Shown in pieces: positions 29,506 to 39,575 of a stretch of 64,000 nucleotides of DNA. Origin of the DNA: Hyphomicrobiales bacterium (lineage in GTDB: Bacteria; Pseudomonadota; Alphaproteobacteria; Rhizobiales; OSC116); the NCBI GenBank assembly GCA_051531935.1, contig JAOPTR010000007.1, forward strand, positions 130,099-194,098, written 5' to 3'. A model generated the notes under the pieces. It was not told the origin of the DNA. It searched no databases and was given only the letters and a program-made list of their open reading frames with translations. Position numbers and translations under genes: made by a program. How positions within the stretch are numbered: the first letter of the stretch is position 1; each line of letters opens with the position of its first letter.

Positions 29506-29540
29506 TTGCATTATTTTGCAGTTTATTGCATAGTATTGCA
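29506..29540 (+). promoter_or_regulatory. Four phased TTGCA repeats, putative DeoR-family operator
   Basis: TTGCA at 29506, 29516, 29526 and 29536 (exact 10-bp period), ending 14 nt before the DeoR ATG. Confidence 0.7.
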
Positions 29541-29554
29541 AAATTAGGAAATAT

Positions 29555-30328
29555 ATGGATCATCTAGATTTAAACAACCCAGATACGCGGCAGCTGATAC
29601 TCAAAAATAAGATCGCAGCAAATACCGCATTAATTGCGGCCGATCTAGCGCAAGAATTTGGTGTGTCAGTAGATACAGTGCGGCGCGATCTCATTGCGTT
29701 AGAACAAGAGGGTATTGTAAAGCGGGTCAAAGGCGGTGCGTTGCCACTGTTGCCGCCAGATAAACCGCTAATCCAACGTATGAATTACAAAAATTGGCTA
29801 GGTGATATATCCCACAAAATAGAGGTATTGCTCAAAGATTGTAACACTCTCATGTTAGATGGTGGCACTTCCGTAGCAGCCTTTGCTCGCCAATTACCCT
29901 ACCAATATCAAGGCCTAGTGATCACACCTTCACCCATCATTGCAGCCATATTACTAGAGGCACAAATAGAAACTTTGCTTATTGGTGGCACCATTAAACC
30001 CGCAGGTGGCATTGCCACAGGGGCAAGAACTGTGCAAGATATTGCAAATTGTGCAGCCGATATCTGCATATTGGGTGCATGTGCGCTCGATGAGCAATTC
30101 GGCTTGGGTGCAGATGATACGAATGAAGCTGATGTAAAGCGCCAGATGTCACAAAGCGCAGTTAAAACAGTCATTTTGGTCGATGCTTCCAAACTGCACA
30201 AGCGCGCCCGCCATAAAGTCATAAATTGCGATCAAGTAGATTTGCTAATTACCAATGCACAAGTCGAAAATACGATGGCTTTTTCAGAATTAGATATTAA
30301 GGTGATGAGAGTCGATAATGAGAGTTAA
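29555..30328 (+). CDS. DeoR/GlpR family transcriptional regulator
   Basis: HTH GVSVDTVRRDL, RVKGGA and LDGGTS. Confidence 0.92.
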   Translation: MDHLDLNNPDTRQLILKNKIAANTALIAADLAQEFGVSVDTVRRDLIALEQEGIVKRVKGGALPLLPPDKPLIQRMNYKNWLGDISHKIEVLLKDCNTLMLDGGTSVAAFARQLPYQYQGLVITPSPIIAAILLEAQIETLLIGGTIKPAGGIATGARTVQDIANCAADICILGACALDEQFGLGADDTNEADVKRQMSQSAVKTVILVDASKLHKRARHKVINCDQVDLLITNAQVENTMAFSELDIKVMRVDNES

Positions 30329-30331
30329 ATT

Positions 30332-31477
30332 ATGAATAATATCCCACACCAAGTTAAAGTTTTTACAGTGTTTTTTCTATATTCACTCACTTTGGGTTCA
30401 ATCTTCCCAAGGTTAGGCGAATTGCAATTAGCCATGAATATTCAAGAAGGCGCATTAGGCCTAGGCTTGCTTGGTTTTGCCGTAGGCACTCAAATATCAC
30501 TCATGTTCTCAGGCCCCATAATAGAAAATCTCGGCTACAGAAAACTCATTCTCGTGGCTGTTCCAATATTAGGTTTTTCTACGGCAGCCGCCACTTTAGC
30601 ACCCAATATCACCATCTTTTTCTTTTGCTTATTATTCGCAGGTCTTGCCATTGGCGCGCTAGAAATCGTCATCAATGTCGAGGCCGATCGTACCGAGCAT
30701 TTAATGGGTAAACTCATCATGAACCGAGCCCACGCCTTTTGGAGTTTTGGGTTCTTTGCGGCTGGTCTTTTTGGTGCGGTGGCAGCACAATGGGATATTT
30801 CTCCCACCATGCATATTTTGGCGGTCACCCTAGCAAGTTTTACAATCCTGTTTGTAGTCATGTTAAATTTCAAGCCATCTCCAGCACGTGTAACCGCTTC
30901 AGATGAGCCAAAAACTCCTAAATTAATTCGCCCTTCAAAAGGTATTCTGGCTTTGGTCGCATTCACTTTAAGCGCCATGTTGCTCGAAGGCGCAGGTGCC
31001 GATTGGTCAGTAATTTTCATGCGCGATAATTTCGAACTGTCAGCATTTGCTAACGGAATGGCCTTCGCAATCGGTGCGTTGACTCAGGCCGTCACCCGCT
31101 TTTTTGCCGATGGGTTTATCAGTAAATATGGCGCTGTTCCTGTAGCACGTATATTGGTCGTTATTTTAGGCATCGGCGCTGCATTGGTTACATTCTCCCC
31201 CAATGCATATATTGCTTTGCTTGGCTTTGCTTTGGCAGGTGTTGGCTCAAGTTCATTATTTCCGCTTGCCATGTCAGCCGCTGCGCAACGTACAGATAGG
31301 CCAGCAGCCACCAATGTTGCATCTCTCGCGCAGCTTTCATTTATTATTTTCCTGCTTGCACCGCCAATTTTGGGCTTTGTCGCCGAGCATTTGGGCATAA
31401 GATTCTCTTTCGGCATTGGCTTGCCATTAGTGGTCTTAAGTTGGTTCTACATTAAATCGTTGGAGAATAAATCGTGA
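30332..31477 (+). CDS. MFS transporter (YbjJ-like)
   Basis: About 12 TM helices, HAFWSFG and LEGAGADWS. Confidence 0.88.
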   Translation: MNNIPHQVKVFTVFFLYSLTLGSIFPRLGELQLAMNIQEGALGLGLLGFAVGTQISLMFSGPIIENLGYRKLILVAVPILGFSTAAATLAPNITIFFFCLLFAGLAIGALEIVINVEADRTEHLMGKLIMNRAHAFWSFGFFAAGLFGAVAAQWDISPTMHILAVTLASFTILFVVMLNFKPSPARVTASDEPKTPKLIRPSKGILALVAFTLSAMLLEGAGADWSVIFMRDNFELSAFANGMAFAIGALTQAVTRFFADGFISKYGAVPVARILVVILGIGAALVTFSPNAYIALLGFALAGVGSSSLFPLAMSAAAQRTDRPAATNVASLAQLSFIIFLLAPPILGFVAEHLGIRFSFGIGLPLVVLSWFYIKSLENKS

Positions 31478-31842
31478 CAATTTATAAGGGCGCTTGCCAT
31501 TGCGGCAGCATAAAGTTCCAAGTTGATACTAAAATTGAATCATTCAAAATGTGCGATTGCTCTTTTTGCAAAAAGAGAAATGCAGTTATGCTCAGCGTTC
31601 ATAAAGATGACTTTAAGCTATTAGAGGGCGAAGCTGATTTGGCACTCTATCAATGGAATATGAAAATAGCGAAACATCATTTTTGTAAAAAATGTGGCAT
31701 ATACACCTTCCATCATACCCGTTCTAAACCAGGCATTATGGGCGTAAATGCAAATTGTTTAGTTGATGTCGATGTGTCTCAATTTCCAATTAATCGTGTC
31801 CATGGTTCTGAATTTTCATCCAAGCCAAAAGATAGCAATTAG
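31474..31842 (+). CDS. GFA/CENP-V family zinc-binding protein
   Basis: GACHCG, CDCSFC and HHFCKKCG. Confidence 0.88.
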   Translation: MTIYKGACHCGSIKFQVDTKIESFKMCDCSFCKKRNAVMLSVHKDDFKLLEGEADLALYQWNMKIAKHHFCKKCGIYTFHHTRSKPGIMGVNANCLVDVDVSQFPINRVHGSEFSSKPKDSN

Positions 31843-31923
31843 GTAATTTTTTTTGTTAAAACTGTGTATATGCAAAATCAAAATGCCATAATAGATTGGC
31901 AATAGATTTTAAAGGGTTGCTAT

Positions 31924-32790
31924 ATGACGGATGAAACAAAAGGCATGCTTTACGGCATATTAGGTGTTGTGGCGTTTGGCCTCAGCTTGCCCTTCACTCG
32001 CGTTGTTGTGCCATATTTAGACCCAATATTCATCGGTACAGGCCGTGCTGTGGTGGCGGCGGTGGTATCAATTGTTATATTGCTCTGGTTCAAACAAAAA
32101 ATACCCAACAAGTCCCAAATCTTAAAATTAATCATTGTATCGCTCGGCGTGGTGGCGGGTTTCCCTATCCTGTCATCATGGGCGATGCAACATGTACCCG
32201 CATCTCATGGCGGCGTGGTTGTCGGAATTTTGCCACTAGCCACGGCTTTTTTTGGTGCATGGGTGGCAAAAGAGCGCCCAAGTTTTGCCTTTTGGGCGGT
32301 GAGTGTTGTCGGCAGCCTGTTGGTCATAGCTTATGTGGTAACCGAGGGTTCAGGCCGCATTGAAATGGCCGATATAGCACTTTTAGGTGCCGTTATATCT
32401 GCCGCCATTGGCTATGCAGTTGGCGCGCAATTGTCCAAAGAACTTGGTGGTTGGCAGGTTATTTGTTGGGCGCTCGTTTTGTCATTGGCCTACACATTGC
32501 CATTGTCAATTATCTATCAGCCAGAAACCTATACGGGCTACCCTGTAACCGTGTATATTAGTTTTCTTTATCTATCGCTGGTCAGCATGTTAATTGGCTT
32601 TTTTGCGTGGTATAAAGGCTTGGTTTTGGGTGGTATTGCGCGGGTGAGCCAAACTCAATTGCTGCAGCCGTTCATAACCATTTTTGCATCCATTATTATG
32701 CTGTCAGAACCGTTGGATTTTAAAACCATAATCTTCGCAGGCGCTGTCGTGGCATCCGTATGGGTTGGTAAAAAAATGCCTATTAATTAA
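31924..32790 (+). CDS. DMT/EamA family transporter
   Basis: About ten TM helices in two repeats and GGIARVSQTQLLQP. Confidence 0.88.
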   Translation: MTDETKGMLYGILGVVAFGLSLPFTRVVVPYLDPIFIGTGRAVVAAVVSIVILLWFKQKIPNKSQILKLIIVSLGVVAGFPILSSWAMQHVPASHGGVVVGILPLATAFFGAWVAKERPSFAFWAVSVVGSLLVIAYVVTEGSGRIEMADIALLGAVISAAIGYAVGAQLSKELGGWQVICWALVLSLAYTLPLSIIYQPETYTGYPVTVYISFLYLSLVSMLIGFFAWYKGLVLGGIARVSQTQLLQPFITIFASIIMLSEPLDFKTIIFAGAVVASVWVGKKMPIN

Positions 32791-33205
32791 TAAGCATATT
32801 GGTAATTTTCTTAATGAGTCTCGGGTTGCTTATTTCTTCTTCATATTTATTCTCAACATGCTCAATAAGCCCGTCAACAACAATCACTATGGTTTCACCA
32901 ATCAACTCTTCTTCAAAACCCAATTTTAAGTTAATAATTTTCACTACATATTTGTAACTATATTCACTATTGTCATTAGATTTTGGTTTGCAAAGATTGG
33001 TTACACTACGCTGTGTTGCCAAATTTTCCATCCAATCAATATATTCCAAAAAATTCAATAATCCATTAAATGGTGTGAAGTAAGTAAATGTGGGTGAAAT
33101 TATTTCATGAAGTTCTAAGCGCTTGTTGCGGTAAAAGTCACTCGTAAATGTTTCAACCATATGCTGATGGTTTGAAGCAAATTGTGCCGAATTTTCTTGG
33201 AGCAT
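32783..33205 (-). CDS. Hypothetical protein, possible NTF2/SnoaL-like fold; paralog of 53374-53772
   Basis: AT-rich 140-aa ORF filling an intergenic gap; about 33 of 112 aligned residues identical with the 53374 ORF by manual alignment. Confidence 0.75.
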   Translation of the reverse strand: MLQENSAQFASNHQHMVETFTSDFYRNKRLELHEIISPTFTYFTPFNGLLNFLEYIDWMENLATQRSVTNLCKPKSNDNSEYSYKYVVKIINLKLGFEEELIGETIVIVVDGLIEHVENKYEEEISNPRLIKKITNMLIN

Positions 33206-33397
33206 AAAAATAGGTTCCGTCCCATTGTTAAAACGCTTCCCCCATTTATATTACAATCAAGTCATAACATAGATTCGCAATAAATCCAGCCAGTTATACT
33301 ATTTTAGAGTAATAATAACTTTTATTACCCACGGTTACTTAAAACCATCAATTATAAGGCGAAATTCTGCTTATTTACCTGTATTCCATAGGTAAAA

Positions 33398-33850
33398 CTA
33401 AGATTTCAACTGCCCGCCATGGTAATCTAATTGGTAAACTTCTTCACCATCACGCAAAATTAATTCAACACCACTAAATTTCAATTCATCACCCTTATTG
33501 GTGTCGATATAACTATAGTCACCTATAGTGAATTCAAACCCGCCTAAAAACCGATTTTCAGCATATAATACTGCCAAGGATTTTTTAATAATCTCACCTG
33601 CTTTTTGGGCATTAATTAAATCAGGATTTAAAATATATCCATAATAATTCATAGCCCAAACCGCTTTGCCTTTATACCAAACAACTTCCTGCCCCATAAA
33701 ATCAGTGCCTCCAAAATAACTATCCAAATATTTCCAATCACCAGATGAATAACTAAGATCGTGAGAATCCTCGCGGCAAGGTTTAGCGATTGCCCCATCA
33801 TCAACATAACAAGCTGCTTTTGCCGCTACAATAAAACTCTTCAAGTTCAT
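33398..33850 (-). CDS. DUF5680-like protein
   Basis: DSHDL, YLDSYFGG.DF.GQEVVW...WAMNYYG and YHGG. Confidence 0.75.
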   Translation of the reverse strand: MNLKSFIVAAKAACYVDDGAIAKPCREDSHDLSYSSGDWKYLDSYFGGTDFMGQEVVWYKGKAVWAMNYYGYILNPDLINAQKAGEIIKKSLAVLYAENRFLGGFEFTIGDYSYIDTNKGDELKFSGVELILRDGEEVYQLDYHGGQLKS

Positions 33851-33952
33851 AAAATCCTCAATCCCACATTAGAGTTTTACTATAGAAAAGTAGATAATTT
33901 ATTCAAGCCGAAATGGCTAGATTTCTAAACTGGAATGCGATATTCATAAATC

Positions 33953-35158
33953 ATGGCAAATTCCAAATCTCAAAAACTCGAGCTCATTGCATTGCTCACA
34001 TCATTAACGGCACTTTCAGCTGTGAGTATTGATGCAATGTTGCCCGCTTTTGGTCATATTGCCAAAGAGTTTGCCCTCACCAATAGTGCCGATACCCTAT
34101 ATCTTGTGGCATTGTTCTTTTTTGGAATGACCTTCGGCGAGCTCGTCTTTGGTTCCATTGCCGATGCTTATGGCCGCAAAAAGACAATCCTAATTGGCCT
34201 GACCATTTATGCATTTGGCACCATCATATCAATCTTTGCACAATCCTACGAAATTCTATTATGCGCCCGTATCATCCAAGGTGCTGGCGCTGCCGGCAGC
34301 AAGATAGGCACCCGCGCTCTGATACGCGATTTATTCCAAGGTGAAGCTATGGCAAAGCTCATGTCCATTATGTTCGGGCTGATGATTATTGTACCAATGG
34401 CAGCTCCATTTCTAGGGCAATACATTATTGACGTCTCGCAATGGCGCGCAATATTTATTTTTCTATATGTGATAAATTTAATCCTCGCCATCTGGCTTTG
34501 GTCGCGCCAAGCCGAAACTCTCAAACCGCAAAATCGCATTGCCATATCATTCGATAAATTACGCCAAAATACAAAGCTCATCATCAGGCATCCCAAAGTG
34601 ATGGCCTATACATTCTGTGCAGGGCTTATCCTAGGGGCGCAATTATTTTATGTCGGCCTCGCACACGAATATTATGTATTGGTTTACGGTGTGGGCAGTC
34701 AGTTCCCTGCATATTTTGCGCTAGCTGCCATTGGTGCCGGCGTCGGCTCATTGTCTAACGCAAAGCTTGTAAGCCATTTCGGAATGCACTTTATGATGAA
34801 CCTTGCCTTGCTCGGTATCGTATTTTTATCCATTGGCTTTTTACTGTTGACCTTATATTTCAATGGTCATCCCCCATTTGCCCTGTTTTTAACTTTCTGC
34901 ACTTTGGTATTTGTATTTGTCGGCATTGTGTTTGGCAATGCCAACGCATTGGCAATGCAGTCTTTAGGGCGCGTGGCGGGCTTAGGCTCGTCTGTCATTG
35001 CCTCGGTCTCAAGCTTGGTTGGTGTCGGGCTATCAGCTATCTTTGGGGGCTTTTATAATGGCAGCACTTTGCCATTGGCACTCATATATTTATGCGCAGC
35101 TGGTGTTTCTTATTTTTTGGTGCAAATGGCCTCAAAGTCAAACGCAAAATCAGTCTAA
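33953..35158 (+). CDS. Bcr/CflA family MFS drug efflux transporter
   Basis: SIDAMLPAF, DAYGRKK, ARIIQGAG and LIRDLF. Confidence 0.9.
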   Translation: MANSKSQKLELIALLTSLTALSAVSIDAMLPAFGHIAKEFALTNSADTLYLVALFFFGMTFGELVFGSIADAYGRKKTILIGLTIYAFGTIISIFAQSYEILLCARIIQGAGAAGSKIGTRALIRDLFQGEAMAKLMSIMFGLMIIVPMAAPFLGQYIIDVSQWRAIFIFLYVINLILAIWLWSRQAETLKPQNRIAISFDKLRQNTKLIIRHPKVMAYTFCAGLILGAQLFYVGLAHEYYVLVYGVGSQFPAYFALAAIGAGVGSLSNAKLVSHFGMHFMMNLALLGIVFLSIGFLLLTLYFNGHPPFALFLTFCTLVFVFVGIVFGNANALAMQSLGRVAGLGSSVIASVSSLVGVGLSAIFGGFYNGSTLPLALIYLCAAGVSYFLVQMASKSNAKSV

Positions 35159-35167
35159 ATTCAAGCC

Positions 35168-36139
35168 TCAACCACGCCCATGTGGTAAATCAAAATCTAG
35201 CTCTGGGCCCACTGGCACAATGCGGGTTGGGTTCACCATGTCATGGCTTTCATAATAATGGCGTTTAATATGGTTCATATTCAACGTTTCAGCAATGCCA
35301 TCCATTTGGTATAATTCCCGCACATAACCCGATAAATTCTCATATTGGCAAATCATTTTTAGGTTGCACTTAAAATGCCCCACATAAACCGCGTCAAATC
35401 TAATAAGCGTTGTAAATAATCGCCAATCGGCTTCAGTAATTTCATCACCACATAAATAGCGTTTTTCGCTCAATATTTGCTCCACCCAATCTAGGCTTTC
35501 AAATAACGGAATAACCGCCTCTTCATAGGCTTTTTGGGTCGTGGCGAAACCACTTTTATAAACTCCATTGCTTATATTATGATATATCCGATGGTTGATT
35601 TCATCAATTTCAGTCCGCAACGGCTCAGGATAATAGTCAGCCTTGGCCGCCCCAATGCCATCAAATGCACTGTTAAACATACGAATTATTTCAGATGATT
35701 CATTAGATACAATGGTATTTTGTTGCTTATCCCACAAAATTGGCACTGTCACACGGCCGCTATATTGGGGGTCAGCTTTGGTATAGATCTGATGCACAAA
35801 TTCAGCGCCGTTCACATTGTCAGCAATCACGCCCTCACCAGCTGCAAATGTCCAACCATTCTCAACCATATAAGGATGCACAACCGATATATCAATCATA
35901 TCTGTTAAGCCTTTTAAGGCTCTGAAAATCATGGCTCTATGCGCCCATGGGCAGGCGTTGGAAATATACAAATGGTAGCGCCCAGCTTCAGCCTTAAAAC
36001 CAGATTTTCCAGTTTTACCAGCAGCACCATCGGCAGTTACCCAATTGCGAAATTGCGATTCACTGCGGATAAATTTGCCCTTATCAGCATGCGTATCATA
36101 CCATTTGTCATGCCAAACACCATCTACCAACAGTCCCAT
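35168..36139 (-). CDS. yqjG: Glutathionyl-hydroquinone reductase (GST Xi class)
   Basis: MGLLVDGVW, ACPWAHR, RVTVPILWD, NESSEIIRM and HIKRHYY. Confidence 0.92.
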   Translation of the reverse strand: MGLLVDGVWHDKWYDTHADKGKFIRSESQFRNWVTADGAAGKTGKSGFKAEAGRYHLYISNACPWAHRAMIFRALKGLTDMIDISVVHPYMVENGWTFAAGEGVIADNVNGAEFVHQIYTKADPQYSGRVTVPILWDKQQNTIVSNESSEIIRMFNSAFDGIGAAKADYYPEPLRTEIDEINHRIYHNISNGVYKSGFATTQKAYEEAVIPLFESLDWVEQILSEKRYLCGDEITEADWRLFTTLIRFDAVYVGHFKCNLKMICQYENLSGYVRELYQMDGIAETLNMNHIKRHYYESHDMVNPTRIVPVGPELDFDLPHGRG

Positions 36140-36181
36140 ATCATCACCCCTTTTTAAATGATGATATAGCAATCCAAAATG

Positions 36182-37231
36182 TTATTCTAGCAGATATTTA
36201 ACACGCTCATGTGTCATCGGGTGCGATGAAAAATAGTCAGATACGTTTTCATCCGCATCACCATCAACATCACCACCATAGTATTTTTCCATCTTTTTCA
36301 GCATGTCCACCAAAAGAATGGCATCACCAGTACCCGTCTCAATGAGCAGTTGCTTGCTAAATAAATCAGCTTCTTTTTCAAGCGCACGGCTATACGACAT
36401 CTGGGTTAATATGACCGAGTTGCTAATCAACATTTCCGACAATCCCGATAGCTCACCCGTTAGAAATGTTACACTGGCGGTTAAAATACTTGCTTGCACA
36501 ACAGCGGTTATGCCGTGTCGGTTAATCACATGACCAGCTTCATGCGCCAAAACCGCCATAATTTCTTCATCATTTTCCGCCAGTTTAATCAAACCATCGG
36601 TCACAATAACCACACCCGAAGGTAACGCCATCGCATTGGGCGCATTGCCGTTATAACCCATGGCCCTAAACTGCAAATCAAACCCATTGGGCCAATCGGC
36701 ATCGCGGGTCATATTCAAAAATGCCAATTCAATTCTGGCCTGCTCGTCATCATCTATCTTCGATGGCTCAAATAAGGTCTTATCAAGCAAAGCCAATGTT
36801 TGCTCGGTGGTAAAACTGTATATGTAAGGTGGAATTTGATAAGCAATCACACGGCTTGCCGCAGGCACACCATAAGTCACAAAACTATAAATTAACACGA
36901 CAGACATTACCAACGCAGCAATCACAGCCGCTAAATGCTTTTCAAAAAAGTCGATGATAAACACAGTTTTCTTAATGTCATGGTCTTTGAGCCATTGGTC
37001 AAAAATCTCAACCTCATTGGTCTGAAACGACACCATATCGCCATCAATAAGCCAGTTAATGTTGCGGGTAATTTTTCCAACAGGGTCAGAAAATTCCAAT
37101 TCACTCAATGTCAGCTGTATAGGTTTAGCACCATCAATACAAAGGCTCACCTCTCCCTCGGCCGAGGTTAAAACAGCCTGATGAGCAACCGAAGATTGCC
37201 CATCATAATATATACCATCTAATTGAATCAC
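36182..37231 (-). CDS. M48 family metallopeptidase
   Basis: PNAMALPSG, HEAGH zincin motif, YSRALEKEAD and SSHP; N-terminal YYDGQSS domain plus a TM helix. Confidence 0.88.
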   Translation of the reverse strand: MIQLDGIYYDGQSSVAHQAVLTSAEGEVSLCIDGAKPIQLTLSELEFSDPVGKITRNINWLIDGDMVSFQTNEVEIFDQWLKDHDIKKTVFIIDFFEKHLAAVIAALVMSVVLIYSFVTYGVPAASRVIAYQIPPYIYSFTTEQTLALLDKTLFEPSKIDDDEQARIELAFLNMTRDADWPNGFDLQFRAMGYNGNAPNAMALPSGVVIVTDGLIKLAENDEEIMAVLAHEAGHVINRHGITAVVQASILTASVTFLTGELSGLSEMLISNSVILTQMSYSRALEKEADLFSKQLLIETGTGDAILLVDMLKKMEKYYGGDVDGDADENVSDYFSSHPMTHERVKYLLE

Positions 37232-37255
37232 GAATTATCCTTCATTCAAACAGCC

Positions 37256-38350
37256 TTAGATACCCAGTTCAAGCACGTCACCAAGTTGGTCGCCTAAAGA
37301 TGAAATGTCACGCGCTTCAGCTTGCACAAATTCATCAGCTTTACCGTCGCTCATTAAGGCCAATTTGTTGGCAGCATAGCGCGCATTACGAACTTTCAAC
37401 CACGGTATCGCAAAGCCCAATGTCACTACCAACAACAATAAGTTAAGCAAAACCAAACCCATATAACTTTTCACTGTCATGGTAGATTTAAATTCATTGC
37501 CCGCCAGTTGCATATGGTTGTAAACCAAATTTGTAATGGCTACAAAATAATAAAAGTAAGATACAATCATGCCAATATAAAATGCCAATAGGCCAGTGTA
37601 AATAGCGGCCATAATGCTAATATATTCAGCACCCATGTCTTCATTGGTTTCTGAATAAAGCAGTATTTCGCTAAAATCAATTTGCTTGGTCAGCATAAAT
37701 GCCAACAAAGCGGTACCAACAGTAATCGCAATGGTGATTGAGGTGATTTTATAAAGCTTACCAAGCGGTAGTTTTATCGCAAAGTGGGTTTTGCCGTAAA
37801 GTGAATTATTGGCAATATATTCTTGTTGTTTTTTGGTGGCAACAGGCAGTAAAATAAACACTGTGATAATCGCAAGGAAAGGCCAAACCACAAATGCCAT
37901 TAAGGCTTTCCAATATGTACCTTCAAAATTAAACCTAATATTTCTGTAGCTGCTGTTATAAGCGTTAAAGCGCAAGGATTTGTTGATAATCCACGGCAAA
38001 GCTGCATATAAAACAAGTATCAATATACCGTTCAAAATCGGAATGGCAGCCGACAATGAAAACAAAACCAACAAAACAATGGCGATGATGCGTCCAATTA
38101 AAATGCCCAATGGTTTGGCGTGATATTCAAAACGCGCTCCCATAACTTCGGTATTGCCATAAAAATATCTACGGTTACGCACCAAAGCCCAAGCAGAATA
38201 TATGCCCAAAGTGACGATGGTCAAAAATATATTCATAATCCATATTTTAAAATATTCAAACCCAGACCCATGAAAAACAAACGCCTTTTCTGTCAATACA
38301 GCTTGGCTTTCATCAGCGGTGGATGTGCCACTATTTACAATTTCACTCAT
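37256..38350 (-). CDS. YjgN/DUF898 family membrane protein
   Basis: FHGSGFEYFKIW..NIFLTIVTLGIYSAWA.VR.RRYFYGNT. Confidence 0.88.
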   Translation of the reverse strand: MSEIVNSGTSTADESQAVLTEKAFVFHGSGFEYFKIWIMNIFLTIVTLGIYSAWALVRNRRYFYGNTEVMGARFEYHAKPLGILIGRIIAIVLLVLFSLSAAIPILNGILILVLYAALPWIINKSLRFNAYNSSYRNIRFNFEGTYWKALMAFVVWPFLAIITVFILLPVATKKQQEYIANNSLYGKTHFAIKLPLGKLYKITSITIAITVGTALLAFMLTKQIDFSEILLYSETNEDMGAEYISIMAAIYTGLLAFYIGMIVSYFYYFVAITNLVYNHMQLAGNEFKSTMTVKSYMGLVLLNLLLLVVTLGFAIPWLKVRNARYAANKLALMSDGKADEFVQAEARDISSLGDQLGDVLELGI

Positions 38351-38489
38351 TTACATTTCCTTAAATTAATTTAAGGGTGAAATTACATATAAATCATTTC
38401 AAGTCAAACACTTAAACAGTTTTTGAGTCTAGCAACTTTAGCAGCAAATTAACGACTTTTAGCCTAGCTATGTTTCGCATTTATATGTG

Positions 38490-39575
38490 TTATCGCGTCA
38501 CAGAAACCGATTTTACATTTGCCCAAATTTCACCACCAACCACCAAGCCCAATTGCACCAATGATTTGTTGGTTATGCGTGCCAAAATCAAATTTTCGCC
38601 TACCTGTAGCTGAACCATTCTCATGGCAGGGTGATTGTCCGTTTTAATTTCACTCACCACGGCTTTCAACCCATTTAATATGCTGCTATCTACAGCCATT
38701 GGCGTATTAGATAAACTCACATCACGCGCCAAAATACGCAACCGCAATTTGTCTCCAATGGCTTCATCATGCGCCGCCAACCAAATGCCACCACCCGCAA
38801 AATCAGCACGTGCCAATTGCCATTCTTCATCATGCTCAGCTATGGTCGCTTCAATCACCACACCCATTTCATCACCCAGAGCAATTGGCAAATCTAGCCG
38901 AGGCAATACATCACGTAAACTCCCTTGCGCCACCATTTGCCCCGCATCCAAAATGATAAGTTGGTCTGCCAATCGCGCCACTTCATCCATAGAATGCGTC
39001 ACATAAATAATCGGAATGCCAAATTCATCACGCACTCGCTCAAGCAAGGCCAAAATTTCTTGCTTGCGCGGCCTATCAAGCGAGGCCAAAGGCTCATCCA
39101 TCAATAACAATTGCGGGCTAAATAGCAGCGCGCGGGCAATGGCAATGCGTTGTTTTTCACCACCCGAAAGCTGCGCAGGATATTGCTCTAAAACATTCCC
39201 AATACCCATAAATTCAACAATTTCTGCAAAACTCAAAATCGGCACTTGTCGAGCGCGTTTCTGGGCATAAACAAGGTTTTCTCGGGCAGTTAAATGGCTA
39301 AATAAACTCGCTTCTTGAAAAATATATCCAATATTCCGTTTATGTATAGGGGTAAAAGTCGTTTCATCCTGCCACACTTCATCAGATAATTTCATCCGCC
39401 CGCTAAGGCTTCTGTCCAACCCCGCAATTAGCCGCAGTAAACTGGTTTTCCCACTGCCAGAACGTCCAAATATCACATTAATGCCAGTAGCAGGCAACTG
39501 TAAATCAACATTCAACCTAAAATCAGAATTTTCAGGCGTATGGTCTAATTTCACAAGCATTTGTTTGGCGGTCAT
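38490..39575 (-). CDS. modC: Molybdate ABC transporter ATP-binding protein
   Basis: GRSGSGKT, LSGGEKQR and a C-terminal TOBE domain (SSILN...ARIT). Confidence 0.93.
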   Translation of the reverse strand: MTAKQMLVKLDHTPENSDFRLNVDLQLPATGINVIFGRSGSGKTSLLRLIAGLDRSLSGRMKLSDEVWQDETTFTPIHKRNIGYIFQEASLFSHLTARENLVYAQKRARQVPILSFAEIVEFMGIGNVLEQYPAQLSGGEKQRIAIARALLFSPQLLLMDEPLASLDRPRKQEILALLERVRDEFGIPIIYVTHSMDEVARLADQLIILDAGQMVAQGSLRDVLPRLDLPIALGDEMGVVIEATIAEHDEEWQLARADFAGGGIWLAAHDEAIGDKLRLRILARDVSLSNTPMAVDSSILNGLKAVVSEIKTDNHPAMRMVQLQVGENLILARITNKSLVQLGLVVGGEIWANVKSVSVTR

